64,000 bases of DNA from Octopus vulgaris (lineage: Eukaryota), in contig OX597824.1 of NCBI GenBank assembly GCA_951406725.2, positions 47,430,001 to 47,494,000 on the forward strand. The letters run 5' to 3'. Numbering within the stretch: position 1 is the stretch's first letter; every line of letters starts with the position of its first letter. This document shows positions 29,201-39,677 of this stretch, in pieces. The position numbers were made by a program, and so were the translations under genes. Below the pieces are notes generated by a model, which saw only the letters and a program-made list of their open reading frames with translations, searched no databases and had not been told where the DNA came from.

Positions 29201-29975
29201 ATGCAGGTTCATAATTATTTTGAAAGGTGTACATTCAGTTATTGTTAACTGAAATCACATTTCAAATTACATATTATTAGATCAAATACATAATACAAAA
29301 TATGGTTACCAAAGAGGTAAAATTACCTCTAGTAATTAAAGTAATTGAAGTTTGTTAAATGTTTTTCTTTTCTGGTTTATCCAATACACATGACCATGAT
29401 AATGTATGCTGTAGTGCCATGAGATGAAGTAGAGTTATGGCAAGGCCCTTATTTCTTCTGATGTGGAGATCTACTTAAAACATGTCCAAATAAATATTCA
29501 TTTATTCTATGCTCTGGCACAAGAAATAGAATCAATGTGTTGACCTTTTAATAGCAAAAGGCCTATAATCATAAGTAATCAACACAATAAAACTACAAAT
29601 CTGTTTCTAGGTCTGATTAATAACTGATAGATAGACTGAGACAATGTAGAATACAACATTCTGTCTAGAAACTCCCTGCAGTGGGTTAGAAGCCACCCTG
29701 TCATTATTTCACTCAAAGAGAATTAAGTATTTGGAAAACCATTTAATGGATACAAAGTAATAAAAAACAATAGACAAGGACAATCTTTTAAAACAAATTC
29801 ATGAAGAATGACTTACTTTTTTCTTCCTTTTAGCCAAGTAAACTGGAGATGACATGAAAAGCTGACGCCTTAAAACATTTCTTGAATTCAATAACACATC
29901 TGTTGATTTTATGGCCTTAAACATGACATTCTTTTCAATTTGAAGTAGCAAACTCAAGATTCTTCCATGAGCCAT
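3106..29975 (-). CDS. MTIF2: Mitochondrial translation initiation factor IF-2, multi-exon and 3'-incomplete. Exons: 29975-29817, 27479-27368, 25427-25365, 21575-21464, 19848-19688, 17586-17410, 15914-15865, 14261-14172, 13887-13763, 11981-11903, 10722-10597, 9898-9673, 7169-7032, 4630-4466, 3246-3106
   Basis: Manual splicing gives one frame with matching intron phases. IF2 motifs: [20 protein letters not shown] (G1), [10 protein letters not shown] (G2), [31 protein letters not shown] (G3), NKTD (G4), PISALKG (G5), [21 protein letters not shown]. The N-terminus looks like a presequence. Confidence 0.96.
3957..4052 (-). ncRNA. Hammerhead-like motif with long stem II
   Basis: Reverse strand ACTTTC-CTGATGA-AGGG...CTCT-G-GAAA-CAGCTG-TA-TAAAGT; palindromic ACAGCTGT stem III, GUA triplet. 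Confidence 0.55.
4466..4630 (-). CDS. MTIF2: MTIF2 exon
   Basis: [55 protein letters not shown]. Confidence 0.95.
4890..5592 (+). mobile_element. RTE C-terminal fragment plus 3' UTR with internal ~65-bp repeats and (GAT)n tail
   Basis: Decayed [11 protein letters not shown]...[10 protein letters not shown] region followed by GGCA-C/T..AAAAGCACC units and the RTE tail. Confidence 0.85.
5635..6035 (+). mobile_element. mariner transposase 3' fragment
   Basis: [32 protein letters not shown]. Confidence 0.88.
7032..7169 (-). CDS. MTIF2: MTIF2 exon
   Basis: [46 protein letters not shown]. Confidence 0.95.
7946..9163 (-). mobile_element. Tc1 transposon (family A), decayed
   Basis: TIR CAGGGGTTGGACAAAATAATGGAAA, TA flanks; paralogous to 21835-23126. 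Confidence 0.9.
9673..9898 (-). CDS. MTIF2: MTIF2 exon (helical linker and mitochondrion-specific insertion region)
   Basis: [75 protein letters not shown]; phase 0-1. Confidence 0.92.
10597..10722 (-). CDS. MTIF2: MTIF2 exon
   Basis: [42 protein letters not shown]. Confidence 0.94.
11903..11981 (-). CDS. MTIF2: MTIF2 exon
   Basis: [26 protein letters not shown]. Confidence 0.94.
13763..13887 (-). CDS. MTIF2: MTIF2 exon
   Basis: [42 protein letters not shown]. Confidence 0.94.
14172..14261 (-). CDS. MTIF2: MTIF2 exon (G5 motif)
   Basis: [30 protein letters not shown]. Confidence 0.94.
14540..14760 (-). mobile_element. Gypsy/Ty3 integrase C-terminal (GPY/F) fragment
   Basis: [19 protein letters not shown]...KFFTIDLNG....SVDRLKKA. 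Confidence 0.7.
15865..15914 (-). CDS. MTIF2: MTIF2 exon (G4 motif)
   Basis: [17 protein letters not shown]; canonical splice sites, phase 1-0. Confidence 0.93.
16430..16655 (+). mobile_element. Decayed RTE C-terminal fragment
   Basis: Nucleotide similarity to 58440-58670 (GAGGACATG...AGAAATGAAGCTAGCATG...GGTCATGTG...AAGAAGTG). Confidence 0.75.
16700..16925 (+). mobile_element. tRNA-derived SINE family C (other copies ~26200-26400-, 30780-30960-, 31290-31480-, 39205-39340+, 62370-62520+, 63533-63765+)
   Basis: A-box-like GAGCTGGCAGAA, B-box GAGTTCAAATTCC, shared core GTCGACTTTGCCTTTCATCC..GGGGTCGATAAA. Confidence 0.85.
17410..17586 (-). CDS. MTIF2: MTIF2 exon (G3 motif)
   Basis: [59 protein letters not shown]. 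Confidence 0.97.
17751..18972 (-). mobile_element. Tc1 transposon (family B), decayed
   Basis: TIR CACTATGTGATCAAAAGTATCTGGACACC and its inverse; N-terminal HTH ([17 protein letters not shown]) and [11 protein letters not shown] relic. Confidence 0.88.
19688..19848 (-). CDS. MTIF2: MTIF2 exon (G1/G2 motifs)
   Basis: [53 protein letters not shown]. Confidence 0.97.
20237..20414. mobile_element. Tc1/pogo-type MITE
   Basis: TA|CAGTAATCCCTTG ... CAAGGGATTACTG|TA, a perfect 13-bp TIR. Confidence 0.85.
21464..21575 (-). CDS. MTIF2: MTIF2 exon
   Basis: [38 protein letters not shown]; GTGAGT donor, phase 1-2. Confidence 0.88.
21835..23126 (-). mobile_element. Tc1 transposon (family A), near full length, frameshifted transposase
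   Basis: TA|CAGGGGTTGAACAAAATAATGGAAACA...TGTTTCCATTATTTTGTCCAACCCCTG|TA; [32 protein letters not shown]. Confidence 0.95.
25365..25427 (-). CDS. MTIF2: MTIF2 exon
   Basis: [21 protein letters not shown]; TTGCAG acceptor, GTAAGT donor, phase 1-1. Confidence 0.85.
25689..25908. mobile_element. TTAA-flanked MITE (piggyBac-like ends)
   Basis: TTAA|CCCTTTAGCA ... TGCCAAAGGG|TTAA; a second decayed copy is at ~27815-28029. Confidence 0.8.
27368..27479 (-). CDS. MTIF2: MTIF2 exon with GC donor
   Basis: [37 protein letters not shown]. MTVxELA is typical of the IF2 N-domain. Donor CAG|GCAAGT. Confidence 0.85.
27815..28029. mobile_element. Second copy of the TTAA-flanked MITE
   Basis: Collinear similarity to 25689-25908. 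Confidence 0.75.
28840..29000 (-). mobile_element. tRNA-derived SINE family B (other copies ~4150-4310-, 6070-6160+, 11255-11375-, 20815-20970-, 34990-35135-, 42245-42330+, 52385-52540+, 61720-61860+)
   Basis: Recurrent GGTTCAGT.CCACTG...GGCACCTTGGGCAAGTGTCTTCTACTATAGCC...GGAAACTGAAAGAAGC. Confidence 0.8.
29817..29975 (-). CDS. MTIF2: MTIF2 first coding exon, putative mitochondrial presequence
   Basis: [55 protein letters not shown] acceptor just upstream of 29981; GTAAGT donor; phase 0 matches the next exon. Confidence 0.8.
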
Positions 29976-30206
29976 TTCACCCTAGATGTTAAAAGAATAT
30001 AGAAAAACAAGGTAGATATAGTCTAGTCCCAATTTCATATTCTAGTGATATGCGCTGGATACTGAAACAGCATGTGAAATACTTTAAAGATATAGTAAGA
30101 CAAATGCGTCACATTTAAATGGCATTCTGTAATTCATAAATAATGAAGAAAATATCAAATAGACAGAACAGGTGTCAATGCCTATTGATAGAAAATGTTG
30201 TAAAGG

Positions 30207-30246
<40 letters not shown>

Positions 30247-31213
30247 ACACGAAACAAGCAAGAGAAACACAAAATATAAGAGCAAATATACTTTATGTTT
30301 AAAGTTAAATATCAGACTGAAGAAATGAGTGTGTTTTGCATTGAGTATCAAACTCATAGATTCATATATAAATATATTTATATGCATTTGTGTATACACA
30401 CACACACACACATATATATATGGAATACTGAACAACTACTCAAGAGGTAGGCAATTTTTATCCTGTCATCATCACTCAGATGAGTCTGTTAGTGAATCAC
30501 TTAGTCTCAATGGTCCATTCCACTTGGCTTCAGGTAGATAATTTTGGGGGGTTTTTTTATCTTTTAGTCAGGAGGGAAGACAGTGAGAGAAAACTGGTGG
30601 GAGGGAGAAAGAAAGATACCCTCAAACTGGAAATCTGACCCAAATTCTTGTAGCAGAGTAGATTCTGTTAAAGGCATCCAAGTAACCAGGAAGTAGTATT
30701 AAACTGGTAACAGGTTTAGTTTACCATCCAATAAGCCATGGTGGGATTTGAAGGAAACCTGGAACAAGTACCACAAGGCACCTAGTCTAATGTGCTTACA
30801 GTTCTTGCCAATCCACTACCTTGGATTGGTAGTTTTTATTAATTCTGAATGAATAAAAGACAAAGCTGACCTCAGTGGAGTTTAAACTCAGTGTGCAGAG
30901 AGTCAGAACAAATACCATGAAGCATTGTCTGATGCTCTAACAACTCTGCCAGTTCACTACCCCAAGTAGTCGTTACTGATTGGCATAAATTCATTATTAT
31001 TAACAGTAACACTGTAGTATAAGTGATTTGTTGACTTGCATTACTGAGTTCAAATTAACTTGTAATATATAGGTGTATATTCCAGATAATGATGTGTCTT
31101 TCATCTGCTTAATGCCACAGAAACTGGAGATAAGGACAAATCCAATAACACCATAGCAAACTGTGAAAGGAACTACAACAGCTCTTCACACAGGCACACA
31201 CACATACATACTC

Positions 31214-31216
<3 letters not shown>

Positions 31217-31257
<41 letters not shown>
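31217..31257. repeat. (TG)n microsatellite
   Basis: Direct reading. Confidence 0.97.
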
Positions 31258-31260
<3 letters not shown>

Positions 31261-31516
31261 ATAAAAGTAATTGCTTCTAATTTTGGTACAAGGCCAAATA
31301 TTTTAGTGGCAAGATGTTAGTTAGTTAAATTGACCCCATTACTCGAGTGCTTTATTTTATTGACTCCTAGAGGAATGAAAAGCATAGTTGACCTTGATGG
31401 ATTTTGAACTCAGAAGGGAGAGTTGGAGGAAATGCCACTAAGCATTTCATCCAGCATTCCAACAATCTTGCCAGCTTACAACCTTTTAAATGTTAAATGT
31501 TAGAAAAATCTTGTAT

Positions 31517-31960
31517 CATCATCATCATTTAACGTCCGCTTTCCATGCTAGCATGGGTTGGACGATTTGACTGAGGTCTGGCAAACCAGATGGCTGCACC
31601 AGACTCCAATCTGATCTGGCAGAGTTTCTACAGCTTGATGCCCTTCCTAATGCCAACCACTCCGAGAGTGTAGTGGGTGCTTCTACATGCCACTGGCACG
31701 AGGGCCAGTCAGGCAGTATTGGCAACAGCTATGCTCAAATGGTGCTTTTTATGTGCCACCTGCACAGGAGCCAGTCCAGCAGCACTGGCAACAACCTCGC
31801 TTGAATGTTTTTTCATGTGCCACCAGCACAAGTGCCAGTAAGGCAACGCAGGTAATGATCACACTCGAATGGTGTTTTTTACATGCCACCGGCATGGAGG
31901 CCAGCTTGTTGCTCTGGCAACGATCACGCTCATATGGTACTCTAAGCACTCCACTAGCAT
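31517..31960 (-). mobile_element. RTE-type 3' end with five internal repeat units
   Basis: Reverse complement of the RTE tail, starting with (ATC)n. Confidence 0.88.
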
Positions 31961-32922
31961 ATTTTTACTGTTCCACTAACAGATTGGTATTTGCAAAGTT
32001 TGCATTAGCCATTTGGTTTGCATTTGGTTAAAAACCATAATGTTTCAAGATTGCCAATTAGACATCTACTATGTAAATTTATATTCTGTGTAAAGGAGCT
32101 ATAGGTTTGAAAGTAGTTGTCCATAAATATTCTCTTTCCCACTGATTTTGAAAGAAATGTTCACACCTGCAACACAGCTAACATATATGGGTGTATATAA
32201 TTTTTTCTGTCCCATACAACTATGTTAGACCTGTTATGCTTGCAACTAGTAGACGTTTTGATAAGAATGCTCTGATACATGTATTCAGAAACATAATATT
32301 CTTTATCCAAGGGCAGTCTTTCCAATAGGTGACAATGTATATAAAGCAACAATACATTCAAAGGAAGTACCTTCAAGACATTTTGGGGGTAGCTACTGAT
32401 CATATGTAATATCTTCTACATAAATGTCACATTACATTTTCACTTGCTTCTTGGTGGTTTAAAGGCTTCACTGTCTTTTATGTTCACTATTAGTTCCTGC
32501 TCTTAAATTGTAAAAGCATAATCTTTGACATGTGATGTGATGAAATGGTCACTAACCTAAAAGAGACTACACATTGTGTTATGTTAACACCTTCATTAAG
32601 TTTATGGGAGACATACATGCAAATTTTTTATTTATGTAGTGTTTCTCTTCCAGATCTTTGTTGAAGTACGCAAGTCCAATTCTGGAGGGTTAGAGGGAAA
32701 GTAATCAGGAAGTGAGTACTTCTTGAGTTCACTGCAGAACTGTATGATGTTGTTCACTTATGAACAACACCATACAGTTGGTTGATATATTTATTTTTGC
32801 TGTCAATGTTTAGTAGACACTACTAGAGTGATGCTATATGACACTCAAAGGCTGATAGACTAATCTTAAACCTCTTCCCTCCTCTTTTCCACTGTCTGTA
32901 GAAACCTGCAGTTAGTGTCAAG

Positions 32923-33715
32923 ATCATCATCATCATCATCGTTTAATGTCCGTTTTCCATGCTAGCATGGGCTAGACGGTTCAACTGGGGTCTGGAAAGC
33001 CAGGAGGCTGCACCAAGCTCTAGTCTGATCTGGCAGTGTTTCTACAGCTGGATGCCCTTCCTAATGCCAACCACTCCATGAGTGTAGTGGGTGCTTTTTA
33101 TGTGCCACCGGCACAAGGGCCAGAGGAGGCTGGCAAACGGCCACAATTGGTTGGTGCTTTTTACATGTCACCGACACGCATGCCAGTCAGGCAGCACTGG
33201 CATTGGCTACGTTCGGATGGTGCTTTTTATGTGCCACCGGAACGGGTATCACAAATACAATATCCATTTGATTTTTATTTTGATGTTGATGTACTTGACT
33301 CAATAGGTCTCCTCAAGCACAGTGGGTCACCCTACGATCCAAAGTTAGCACAGCAGGCTGTCCTGCAAGCCATGAACTCACTTCATTTGTCGGGTCTTCG
33401 CAGTCACAGCATATCTCAGAAATCTTGGTCTTTCGTCATTGCCTCTGTGAGGCCCAACATGCCACCGACATGTGAAGCATGGCAGTTCGTACACATGTAA
33501 TGTACAATCTACCTTTCACTCTGAGCATGAGACCCTTTGTCGCCAGTAGGGGAAGAAGCTTTCTAAACTTTGCCCAGGCTATTCTTATTCTAGTGGTAAC
33601 ACTCTCTCAGCATCTACCCCACTACTAACTTGGTCATCTAGGCAGCGGAAACTATCAACTACTTCTAGTTTCTCCCCTGGAGTGTGACGGAATCTGTTTT
33701 CTGAGTATCTGTTAT
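32923..33715 (-). mobile_element. RTE 3' fragment with internal deletion
   Basis: Tail, 3' UTR and C-terminal coding relics (reverse strand LEVVDSFR..., RIRIAWAKFRKL). Confidence 0.88.
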
Positions 33716-34489
33716 AGGTTTTAATTTCTATTAAACAGATATTCTCTAAAGACCACCAGTCAAGTTCCCCAAATGTTAATATCAGTACTGATACTGCAAA
33801 TGCAATGTGAAATATTGTGTAGTAAGAGGAGATTCTGACTTACATACTTTTTAAAGCCTGGTATAATAGTCTTTGGCTATTTACTCTATCTTTGTTTATA
33901 GCATTGTCATATGATATATTTTCGTTGATATCTAGATATTTGTTACACTAATTATGTTGAATAAGGATGATGGAGAGACAATGTGTTATATCCACATATA
34001 GCAAAAATCACATACCAAATGCTACTTTTTCTCTTCAAAACCAAAAGCAGTTTATTTCTGAAAGTTTCTGACTCTTTACAAAGTACAAATGTGCTCCACG
34101 TGCCACTGTAGCACCTTAGAAATGTTCCTTTCTCCCAACAAACTATTTCACGGGTTACATATTTTTACTCACACACATTGACATGTTGCATTCTTCTGAC
34201 TTCTACTTTTACTACAATAGTTCATGCTGCTCTGAAACAAGCAATTTGTACAATACTCCTGCCCACCTAATGTAGCAGCTTCCTTCTTCTTATCAAACTT
34301 GCTAAATCTTACTCTGCAAATTTTGCAAAAGATATTGCCCAATTCTTACTTTCCAGAACTGCACTCCCCCTCCAAGACTTCCTCATTACTCAAGTTTTCT
34401 CCACAGACTGACATACAGAATAACAAGCTTCACTAGCCTGAGGGAGTCTGCAAAGTGGGGACATATTGGATTATGTAGTCCTACATTGT

Positions 34490-34770
34490 GAAGGCACATG
34501 GCTCAGGTAATGAGTTCGATTCCCAGACCAGACTATGTTTTGTGTTCTTGAGCAAGACACTTTATTTCACATTGCTCCAGTTCACTCATCTGTAGAAATG
34601 ATTTGCAACGTCACTGGTTCCAAGCTGGATCGGCCTTTGCCTTTCCCTTGGATAACATCAGTAGCGTGGAGAGGGGAGGCTGGTATGCATGGGCGACTGC
34701 TGAACTTGTGCCTCAGAGGGGAACTTTGTAGGTGCAATCCATAGTCATTTATGATCGAAGGGGGCCTTTA
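34490..34770 (+). mobile_element. tRNA-derived SINE (another family)
   Basis: TGGCTCAG A-box-like, GAGTTCGATTCCC B-box, then GTGTTCTTGAGCAAGACACTTTA core. Confidence 0.7.
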
Positions 34771-36201
34771 GTCCTCCATTAGATTTGTTTATTTTAATGG
34801 TTTAGTAAAAACAATATCTGTAACCTCTTTCAGATTTGTGGAAGAAAGTTATCCTTTGAATGGAGAGCAAATGCTTGCAACAAACTGGCCTGAAATAAAA
34901 GTATCCAAGGAAAAGTAATGGTATTAAACCAGATGCTAGGTTAAATCTACCACCCAAAAACAGAAACAGTATCTCCGGCGAACTTCTACACAGCTTCTAT
35001 CTCTCACATTCCACCTAGCAAGTCTTTGTACGACCTGAATCTATGATAGAAGACATTTGCTGAAAGTGCTGCGCAGGAAAATCGAATCAAGAGCGATGTC
35101 GTTGTGAGGCGAACTTCTTAACAACAAAGTCATTCCTGTCCATACAATATGTCTGGCTAAAAGAGGAAATGGTCACAACTGAAATGCCTTTGATCATAGA
35201 TTTTCGCAGTTAGGATTGACATTGCAATAAACAATAAGAAACGAATGCATTCTTGATACAACAAACGGATTCATAAAAAGTAATTGTTTTCAAAATTTAA
35301 TTAACTGGACTTGTACTTGTATACATGTAGTTTGGCAATCTAAAAGAAAAAATCGTAGGGTCATAATGAACACACGAATAAAGTCAAAAATTAAATTAAG
35401 AAAAACAAAACGGGACGACTGAAGTTTCTGATTCATAAAGTACACCAATGTTAAAGTGATCAAGGAAATCTATAAATTTGTTTTTAATTATTACACCCGT
35501 CTCACGAAATGGATGTAATAATAAAAATTTCACAGAAGGAAAAATACCACCTAATTCTTTTCCTTTTTCCTTCTCCATGAGGGAAGTGATATCTATTCCG
35601 AAAGTTCACGGACCAAAGATTGCACCAGCCTCGTGAGACAAGTTTATAATAGCAAAAAATTACTGCAAAAATATCCCACAGATTGACATATACTAATCTG
35701 AATAACAGACAGGATGATCACAACGAGAACGTATTTGATCATATGCCTGTTCGATTAGAACGTACCACAAGACGAACAGAATCGTATGTGTACACATGGA
35801 AATGTAGATTTAGATCAGTCGTACGGCCCATTTCTCGAAAAAAAGTTGCACATGTTTGAATTAGATTGACAACAAACTTTTTATTTATTGTATTTTAATA
35901 GGATGTATAACTACTTGCTGCATTATGAGTTTTATTTTCGTTCGTTGACTAAGAATGAATTTAACTTGTCAACATAGAGCAAAGTGTAACCTTAACTTTG
36001 AAAAGCTTTCGTTGTTCATTCTACGTATCTCAACCGAAGCCGAACTTTCAAGGTGACCGTAGAAAAATATTAGACAATAAAATGAAATATCGTTGAACAG
36101 CTTAGAACTGTTCATATTTCCTATTTATCCTAACTAAATCCAATGCACAAAAATGTTTTGGGGTTTTTTTTTCAAGAAAAAACTGAAAAACGAAACTTTA
36201 C

Positions 36202-36450
36202 CTAATGTTTATCTTTGATTCTCAACAAGTAACTTGAAGGTATTTGTCTTTCTGGTCGCAAAAACAGAATGCTATTACCGTGAAAAAAAAATAAAAAAAC
36301 AAAAATCAAACTGTGCGTTTTCTAAAAGAAATGATATAGTATGGCACTTTAATAGTAATAAATCCAGGCCCAGTTGCCATCTACAGGACAAGAAAAACGT
36401 GACATTAACTGGAAGTAGACATCTTGTATATTTAGTTTCGGTGTTGACTC
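36202..36450 (-). promoter_or_regulatory. Candidate MTIF2 promoter / non-coding first exon
   Basis: The first coding exon has its own acceptor, so an upstream UTR exon is needed. There is a minus-strand donor TAG|GTAAAGT at 36202/36201 in a locally CpG-retaining region (~35000-36700). Confidence 0.4.
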
Positions 36451-36713
36451 TAAAAAGTTCCCTCTGTATAATTGATTATTGCAAATCATTTGTGTGTATG
36501 GTGTAAAGAATGAGTGTAGAACAAAAACCCTCTCCGTAAAAAGATAAGTTCATGGAATTCCGTTATTAAATATAACCTACGTTAAAATATGCTTCAAATC
36601 TCAGTGAATATATTTCAGTTTATTAAAGGGTACTGGATTAATTATTCTTACCAATTCAAGATTTTTTCCTGTCCACGAAGATATACACGAATTATTTGCA
36701 TTCCTTCTGCAGT

Positions 36714-36742
36714 ACACACACGCACACACACACACACACACA

Positions 36743-36801
<59 letters not shown>
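36714..36801. repeat. Compound (CA)n(CT)n microsatellite
   Basis: Direct reading. Confidence 0.97.
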
Positions 36802-36803
<2 letters not shown>

Positions 36804-36949
36804 GCACATCACCTCCAAGACTTAACTGAACGTGTCTTTCTTTTCTAGGATGCTAGGGTGTGTTATGAAGGAGATTTGGCTGTTATTTCAAGCAAGTCAA
36901 TCGACCAGATATAAGCTTCTTTGTTGGCTTGTTCCCTCTAACAGCTGTC

Positions 36950-39205
36950 TACTGCTCCTGGCAACAGACGGGAAGCATTCCCAGTCGTCTGAGCTAGGGA
37001 GTGGTGATGCTGTTGAGAAAGGATCCAAACAAAGAGGATTGAAAACTTCAGGCTCATAACTCTACTCAACACAGAATTAAAGATTTTAGCTAAGATACTT
37101 ACTAAGAGGCTAGCGCTTGTTGTCAATAGTATAGTCGAGTATGCAAAAACCTGTGCGATCCCTGATAGATCTATCCATAACAATCTCTACCTCATGCGAT
37201 ACATTATAGAACGGGTTGGGAATGGATCTGGCTTGGGGGGGGGGCACTGGCCAATTTGGACCAGTCCAAAACTTTTGACAGGGTGGACCATCACTATCTG
37301 GTGTCTGTCCTAAAAGCTGTCAGTTTTGGTTCATCCTCAGAGGCTGGATGACCACAATATATAGTGGCATCTGCTTAGTTGTCAAACTGAATGGCCACCA
37401 CTCGAAACCTTTCAGTATTGAACGCTCGGTATGCCAAGGATGCCCCCTCTCCCTGCTTTTGTATATATTAGCTTAAGAACCCTTGCTGCAAAGATCGAGA
37501 ATTTGAGGAATATCCCACTGGAATTATGTCACAGGAGAGCTGTGTCTGCATATGCAGACGATGTCAATGTCATGGTGTCAGACTCTTCAGACATAGAAAA
37601 GATCAACACAATATCAGGAATGCACAGGAGCACTCGTAAATCAAGACAAGTAAGCTAACGAGCAGCGATTTCTGTTGCTGGATGGAGAGGGTCTGGTGAA
37701 AGTGATTGGAATCTGGTTCAGACCAGATCTTCAAGTAGATAGGAACTGGAAAGAGGTCATGAGTAGGGTGGCCAAGCTCATCCAGAAATGGGCAGAAAGG
37801 AAGCTGTCTTTGAAAGGCTGGATAGAATTAGCGAATGCATATATCACCTCACTAGTGTAAAGCTGCCTGGAGCTGTTGTACCTTGTCCTAAGAAATCTCT
37901 GACCAGACTAGAGTGCTTGCTTTTCCGATTCTTATGGAATCCCACTAATCAGAAAATCCATCTGCTGTCAACACCCACACCGTGGTGGTTTTGGGATGCC
38001 ATCTTTAATGATGCAGCACCATGCTTTGAGGCTGTTGTACTTACAGAAATATCTATATCACTGCAATGATGAGGACAACAACAAAAATGAGGGTAAATTA
38101 GTGTGGGTGTCTTTTGTGTGACATGTCTTTCTGCAGCTCATCTCTTAGATAGAGCTACAGTCATGGGTCAAACGTAGACCAAGGGTGGGTGTTTGGCATC
38201 TAGAATGTTGTTAGGTGCTCACTGGATTGTACCAGCTAGCCAAAACTGTTAGTGGGAAAACAACCCAAGATTTCAATAGGGCGCTAGTTGAATACATGAG
38301 TGATGATGGCCTAGGATTAAATCTAGGCGTTAATGAGAACAGTCTGAGTAGTCTTTTCCAGAGGACCTTTGGGTTGTAGATCATGGACAATTTCCAAAAA
38401 TCATTGACTTAGCAGTGCTACAGGGGGGCATTGCTTGGTCGAGACAAGCTCTTCAGGCATGGAAGTGCCAGCAGCTGAACCTGCCCGAGATGCTTGCAGG
38501 GGAACAAAATTGTCCTGCATGCAATAATTCAGTGTCCATGCATTAGAGGGTTGTGGGATTGTGTAGAGCAGCTGTTGTCACGTGTAAGACGAATTTAGCT
38601 ATCTGCCAAGTGTATAGTGAAGGTAGACGCACCACCTTCTCTTAGCAGAGAAGGAAGGCAGATCTTTCTCTGTTCAGTGGCTGTGGCCAAAAGGGCTGTG
38701 TGGTGGACCCGTCTGAAAGGTTTGAAGACAGGTACATTACTATCTGGTGAAGCCCTCATCAATTTCTTCAAATATCATTTGAAGAGGAAGGTTAGGGTAG
38801 AGAAGGAGGTGCTGCCTTCTAGCATGTTTATCAAAAGATGGTTGACAGTGGCAAGACTGGTGAGACTGAATTGATTTACTCTGAATATGCTTTTCTAAGC
38901 AGGCGGAAAGAAACTGGAAGAGGGTACTTCTCCATGCCTCGGAGATGGCAGAGTAATCTAGGACTTTGGTGTGGGGTTTACCCCGGATTATTCTAAGTGG
39001 ACTGCTCCGCTATTGGGATTCTATTTATTTCTCTACTTTGTATTATATATCCTCTGTTACATCCTTTAATGTGGTAGTATCTCCTTTTGATTGATGTTAA
39101 CCCTACATGTTTTTGTAATTTTTTTTTGTGCTGTAACTCGTCTTTCGATATTGTCCTCCATATCTTGGGGCCTTGTGGCCAATAAAAGAAATCATTATTA
39201 TTATT
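36950..39205 (+). mobile_element. Decayed L1/Tx1-clade LINE (RT and C-terminal zinc knuckle)
   Basis: ITLLNTELKILAKIL, RSIHNNL, LDQSKTFDRVDH, RSVCQGCPLS, AYADDV, LSLKG, CPRC...H...C. Many stops; AATAAA at 39181. Confidence 0.85.
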
Positions 39206-39620
39206 TTCAAATTCCGCCGAGGTCGACTTTGCCTTTCATCGTTTCGGGGTCGATAAAATAAGTACCAGTTGAACACTGGAGTCGATGTAATCGACTCGTC
39301 TCCTCCCCGAAAATTGCTGCCCTTGTGGCAAAATTTGACACCCCCCCCCCCCATCATCATCATCATCATTATTATAGATTTTATAGAATTTATTCCGGAA
39401 ATAGTTTCCTAATTAAAAAACAATTCTGTAAATTTAAATTTCACAATTTTCGAGCAAATTGGAATGTTAAGAAACCATAAATTGCAAGTAAAAAATCGTA
39501 TGTTTCCGACTACAAATTTAAAAATTGAAAATACTCTTAATTATTTAAAATTTTTCAAAATTTAATTACTTAAACAAAAATATCGCAGAAAAATATTAAA
39601 AATAAGGAAAAAAATTGAAG

Positions 39621-39660
39621 TTGGCGGCTTTTCAGTCAATCGACGAGATTAATTGGCGGC
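39621..39660 (+). promoter_or_regulatory. Paired TTGGCGGC (E2F-like) motifs immediately upstream of the bHLH ATG
   Basis: Exact 8-mer at 39621-39628 and 39653-39660 in very AT-rich DNA; TTGGCGCGC also at 40711. Confidence 0.45.
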
Positions 39661-39670
39661 AGAAAAAACA

Positions 39671-39677
39671 ATGGAAG
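39671..39677 (+). CDS. bHLH gene, putative start-codon exon (ATG GAA G)
   Basis: ACAATGG context, AG|GTAAGC donor, phase 1 matches the acceptor at 49440; CpG-containing motifs lie just upstream. Confidence 0.6.

Noticed and set aside
31670-31960. CRISPR-like repeat/spacer pattern (GGCAC..AAAAAGCACC)
   Set aside because: The linkers are homologous to each other and the arrays are part of RTE 3' UTRs.
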